Origin: Candidatus Latescibacterota bacterium
GTDB lineage: Bacteria; Latescibacterota; UBA2968; SICM01
DNA length: 64,000 bases
Assembly (NCBI GenBank): GCA_965217865.1
Contig: CBDCJO010000002.1
Span: 4,480,001 to 4,544,000, forward strand
Direction of reading: 5' to 3'
The position numbers were made by a program, and so were the translations under genes. This document shows, in pieces, positions 61,413 to 64,000 of the stretch (positions within the stretch are counted from its first letter, which is position 1; every line of letters starts with the position of its first letter). The notes under the pieces are model-generated. The model was given only the letters and a program-made list of their open reading frames with translations. It was not told the DNA's origin and ran no database searches.

Positions 61413-62938
61413 CAGCCTGTTGAAAAAGTGCATTTATGCCAAGATGACTGTTGTCTTTCCTTGTGGTTTGGTCCTATGATATATCAGGTTCAAACTGAGA
61501 AGGGAGGACGAGCAAATGGCAATGGGAAAACGAGGACGACAGAGACAGGAAAACCTGTTCATCGCATCGAACACTTTGGTGAAATCTCCGGGTCATCCGT
61601 TCTACGAGAAGCTGAATCAGGTATTGGGGGCGAACGGCTTCGACGAGTTCGTCGAGGGGCTTTGCCAGCGGTATTACGCTCCTCATATGGGTCGCAAGGG
61701 CATTCCGCCCGGGGTTTATTTTCGGATGCTTTTGATTGGGTATTTCGAGGGACTTGATTCGGAACGTGGGATCGAATGGCGTGTATCTGACTCGCTGACG
61801 TTGCGCCGGTTTTTGGGGTATGCCCTTGACGAACAGACCCCGGATCATTCCAGCCTGTCTCGCATCCGGCATCGGCTTCCCTTGGAAGTTCACGAAGCGG
61901 TTTTCAAGTGGATCCTGAGGGTCTTGTGCAAAGCGGGTCTGGTGAAGGGGAAGACGTTGGGCGTGGATGCTACGACACTGGAGGCCAACGCCGCGATGCG
62001 CAGCATTGTACGCCGTGACACGGGTGAAGGCTACCAGGCATTCCTTGAGAATCTGGCCAAGGCCTCGGGCATTGAAACGCCTACCCGCGAGGACTTGTCC
62101 AAGATCGATAAGAAGCGACCGAAGAAGGGATCGAACCAGGACTGGGAGCACCCGCACGACCCGGATGCCAAGATCGCTAAGATGAAGGACGGTCGCACGC
62201 ACATGGCGCACAAGGTGGAGCACGCGGTGGATCTGGACACCAATGCCATTGTGGCAGTGGCGTTGTCGGGAGCAGATGAAGGAGATACCGAGTCGTTGCC
62301 CTGGACGCTGCTCGAGGCGCCGCTCAATCTCAAGCAGGTCGCGAAGGACGAAAAAGCTGCCAAACGTTTGCACAGACAGCGTATACGGGAGGTGGTTGCG
62401 GACAAAGGATATCATAGCAACGATGTATTGACCAGTCTGAAGCAAGGCGGCATCCGGAGTTACATTTCAGAACCGGATCGGGGACGCCGCAAGTGGAACG
62501 GCCGACGAGATGAGCAGGCCGCGGTATATGCGAATCGACGCCGGATCAAGGGAGATCGCGGCAAGGCCTTGCGCCGAAGTCGTGCAGAACGGGTGGAAAG
62601 AACCATCGCTCACACATATGATACCGGTGGCATGCGCAGGTTGCACTTGAGAGACCGCGGCAATATCCTCAAGCGTTTGCTGATCCACATCGGGGGCTGC
62701 AACCTGGCTCTGCTCATGCGCAAAGTGATGGGCGTAGGTACTCCGAAGGCCCTCCAGGACCTGGCCAAGGCCTTGCAGCGTCTACTGCTCGTCCTACAAT
62801 CACGTTTGCTGCCCTCGGTCACCTTTTTAACCTCTTATCAGCGTCTCCTGCTCAATCTCCTTACCTTGATTTATCTGACCCGCACTCCAGGCGTCTTTTC
62901 CGTTTATGTGCGTTGAAAGGTAGTTCTTCAACGGGCTG
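61413..62938 (+). mobile_element. IS1182-like insertion sequence, 1526 bp
   Basis: Terminal IRs CAGCCTGTTGAAAAAGT / AGTTCTTCAACGGGCTG; TTAG direct repeat at 61409-61412 and 62939-62942. Confidence 0.88.
61516..62916 (+). CDS. DDE transposase (IS1182/IS5-like)
   Basis: PDHSSLSRIR, GVDATTLEANA, DPDA, VADKGY, RVERT. Confidence 0.93.
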   Translation: MAMGKRGRQRQENLFIASNTLVKSPGHPFYEKLNQVLGANGFDEFVEGLCQRYYAPHMGRKGIPPGVYFRMLLIGYFEGLDSERGIEWRVSDSLTLRRFLGYALDEQTPDHSSLSRIRHRLPLEVHEAVFKWILRVLCKAGLVKGKTLGVDATTLEANAAMRSIVRRDTGEGYQAFLENLAKASGIETPTREDLSKIDKKRPKKGSNQDWEHPHDPDAKIAKMKDGRTHMAHKVEHAVDLDTNAIVAVALSGADEGDTESLPWTLLEAPLNLKQVAKDEKAAKRLHRQRIREVVADKGYHSNDVLTSLKQGGIRSYISEPDRGRRKWNGRRDEQAAVYANRRRIKGDRGKALRRSRAERVERTIAHTYDTGGMRRLHLRDRGNILKRLLIHIGGCNLALLMRKVMGVGTPKALQDLAKALQRLLLVLQSRLLPSVTFLTSYQRLLLNLLTLIYLTRTPGVFSVYVR

Positions 62939-63352
62939 TTAGGGATGAAAAACTGTGGAACCGAAAAAATACTTCTGAACCAGGAAACCGAACCGGAATC
63001 CTCCCTCATAAGGTTGAACAACTGTGGCGTTGGTCGTCCGAAACTTTAGATTGGGTCGTCTATTGTCCCGGAAAAGGAGACGTGGCAATGGAGCCACTTT
63101 TTCTCACATTTACTTCTAAATCGGTTTTTGCCTTAAATAAAGGCTGTGACAGTGATTACCATCCTTAAAAAATATAATGCAGGAGTGTCTGATCCACAAC
63201 TCAAATTGGGTCGTCAAAATTGGTTCGGAAGAAGGCTTCCCACCAAAGACGGTTTCTGTTGGGCTTGATTTATAACCTATGATTTGCTATCTTTACTGAA
63301 GGGAATTGTAGATCATTACAGTATTGAGCTCAAAATAGCAGGGATTTAAACC

Positions 63353-63481
63353 GTGATCAAAGGCCGCCGGATATTTCGTATTTTCTCGATTTCAATCACA
63401 GTCGACACAAACGGATTCGTGCGTTCTAATCCGAATCCAAATCGAGATAATTCCGGCACCCAACGGCGGGATCGTTTATGA
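63353..63481 (+). CDS. Putative Asn-rich leader peptide 1 (42 aa)
   Basis: GTG start after AGGGA; VIKGRRIFRIFSISITVDTNGFVRSNPNPNRDNSGTQRRDRL*. Confidence 0.65.
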   Translation: MIKGRRIFRIFSISITVDTNGFVRSNPNPNRDNSGTQRRDRL

Positions 63482-63511
63482 CCTTGAGTCGATAGGTTTC
63501 TTCTAAATCCC

Positions 63512-63550
63512 AACCCGCCGTTGAGTTCTCAACAGCGGGTTTTGTTTTTG
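63512..63550 (+). terminator. Attenuator terminator 1
   Basis: AACCCGCCGTTGAG-tt-CTCAACAGCGGGTT then TTGTTTTT; 5' arm is also complementary to CAACGGCGGG at 63461-63470. Confidence 0.82.
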
Positions 63551-63581
63551 TAAACACCGATATAGAAAGAGTAAAACAGCG

Positions 63582-63716
63582 ATGATCAACAACCTTACAA
63601 GTATCAGCCAAGTCATAATAATGAAGCCCACCGGTTTCAGTGCCCGCCTGAATCCCAATCCTAATTCGAACTTCGATAATTGTGCCATTCGGCGGCGGGC
63701 AGGACCGTGGTTCTGA
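63582..63716 (+). CDS. Putative Asn-rich leader peptide 2 (44 aa)
   Basis: MINNLTSISQVIIMKPTGFSARLNPNPNSNFDNCAIRRRAGPWF*. Confidence 0.7.
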   Translation: MINNLTSISQVIIMKPTGFSARLNPNPNSNFDNCAIRRRAGPWF

Positions 63717-63742
63717 TCAAATCAAAACTTGAGTCCGAATCC

Positions 63743-63782
63743 AGCCCGTCGTTGTTCCGAGCAACGGCGGGCTTTTTGTTTT
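63743..63782 (+). terminator. Attenuator terminator 2
   Basis: AGCCCGTCGTTGTT-ccg-AGCAACGGCGGGCT then TTTTGTTTT; 5' arm can alternatively pair with GGCGGCGGGC at 63691-63700. Confidence 0.85.
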
Positions 63783-63804
63783 CCACAGATAGGAGGATAA
63801 AACC

Positions 63805-64000
63805 ATGAAACGCACTTTGATCTCTGAACTTCCCGGTAAAACCGGACACGCGGTTACCGTTATGGGATGGGTACATACCATCCGAGACCAGAAACGTATG
63901 GTCTTTCTCATCGTAAGGGACCATACGGGCTGCGTCCAGACGGTGCTTGAGAAGGCGCAAAACCCGGAGCTGGCGGAATCCCTTGCTGGCCTGACCCGCG
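63805..64000 (+). CDS. aspS: Aspartyl-tRNA synthetase, archaeal/non-discriminating type (5' part only)
   Basis: AGGAGG RBS; MKRTLISEL..VTVMGWVHTIRDQKRMVFLIVRDHTGCVQ anticodon-binding OB fold; truncated by the window edge. Confidence 0.78.
   Translation, partial: MKRTLISELPGKTGHAVTVMGWVHTIRDQKRMVFLIVRDHTGCVQTVLEKAQNPELAESLAGLTR

Noticed and set aside
63300-63800. Tandem T-box riboswitches before aspS
   Set aside because: No T-box consensus (GGGTGGNACC) or recognisable stem I; uORF-based attenuation fits the pairings better.
1-64000. rRNA, tRNA, prophage or anti-phage defence genes
   Set aside because: No such motifs recognised; the PolB-like exonuclease is isolated and has no defence-island context.

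Overview
Bacterial chromosomal window of moderately high GC. It probably comes from an FCB-group organism such as Ca. Latescibacterota; this is inferred from a secreted CHRD protein ending in the LQNYPNPFNP sorting domain and from the style of the large ABC-2 permeases. It holds about 55 genes or gene remnants: a YyaL/SSP411 thioredoxin-domain protein, a split octaheme cytochrome c, an ECF sigma/anti-sigma pair, a two-component system, BlaI plus an M56-VOC-VOC fusion, paired ABC exporters with DUF1854, a sulfatase, sugar-acid catabolic enzymes, several ABC-2 permeases, an Rrf2-SDR-MMPL-LolA-like-porin cluster, an ABC-F, a damaged purA, an IS1182-like element and the 5' end of an archaeal-type aspS. 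The best non-obvious signals are: (1) two tandem Asn-rich leader peptides (NPNPN), each with its own antiterminator/terminator, in front of aspS; (2) several families of ~100-340 bp intergenic elements built from inverted heptamer repeats, three sharing one core but expanded with two different heptamers; (3) integron-type gene cassettes (attC) with no integrase in view, one interrupted by a 229 bp internally deleted IS200; (4) a structured uORF/terminator leader before the ABC-F; (5) many internal deletions, frameshifts and amber stops. No rRNA, tRNA or CRISPR array was seen. All family assignments come from motif recognition, not database searches.
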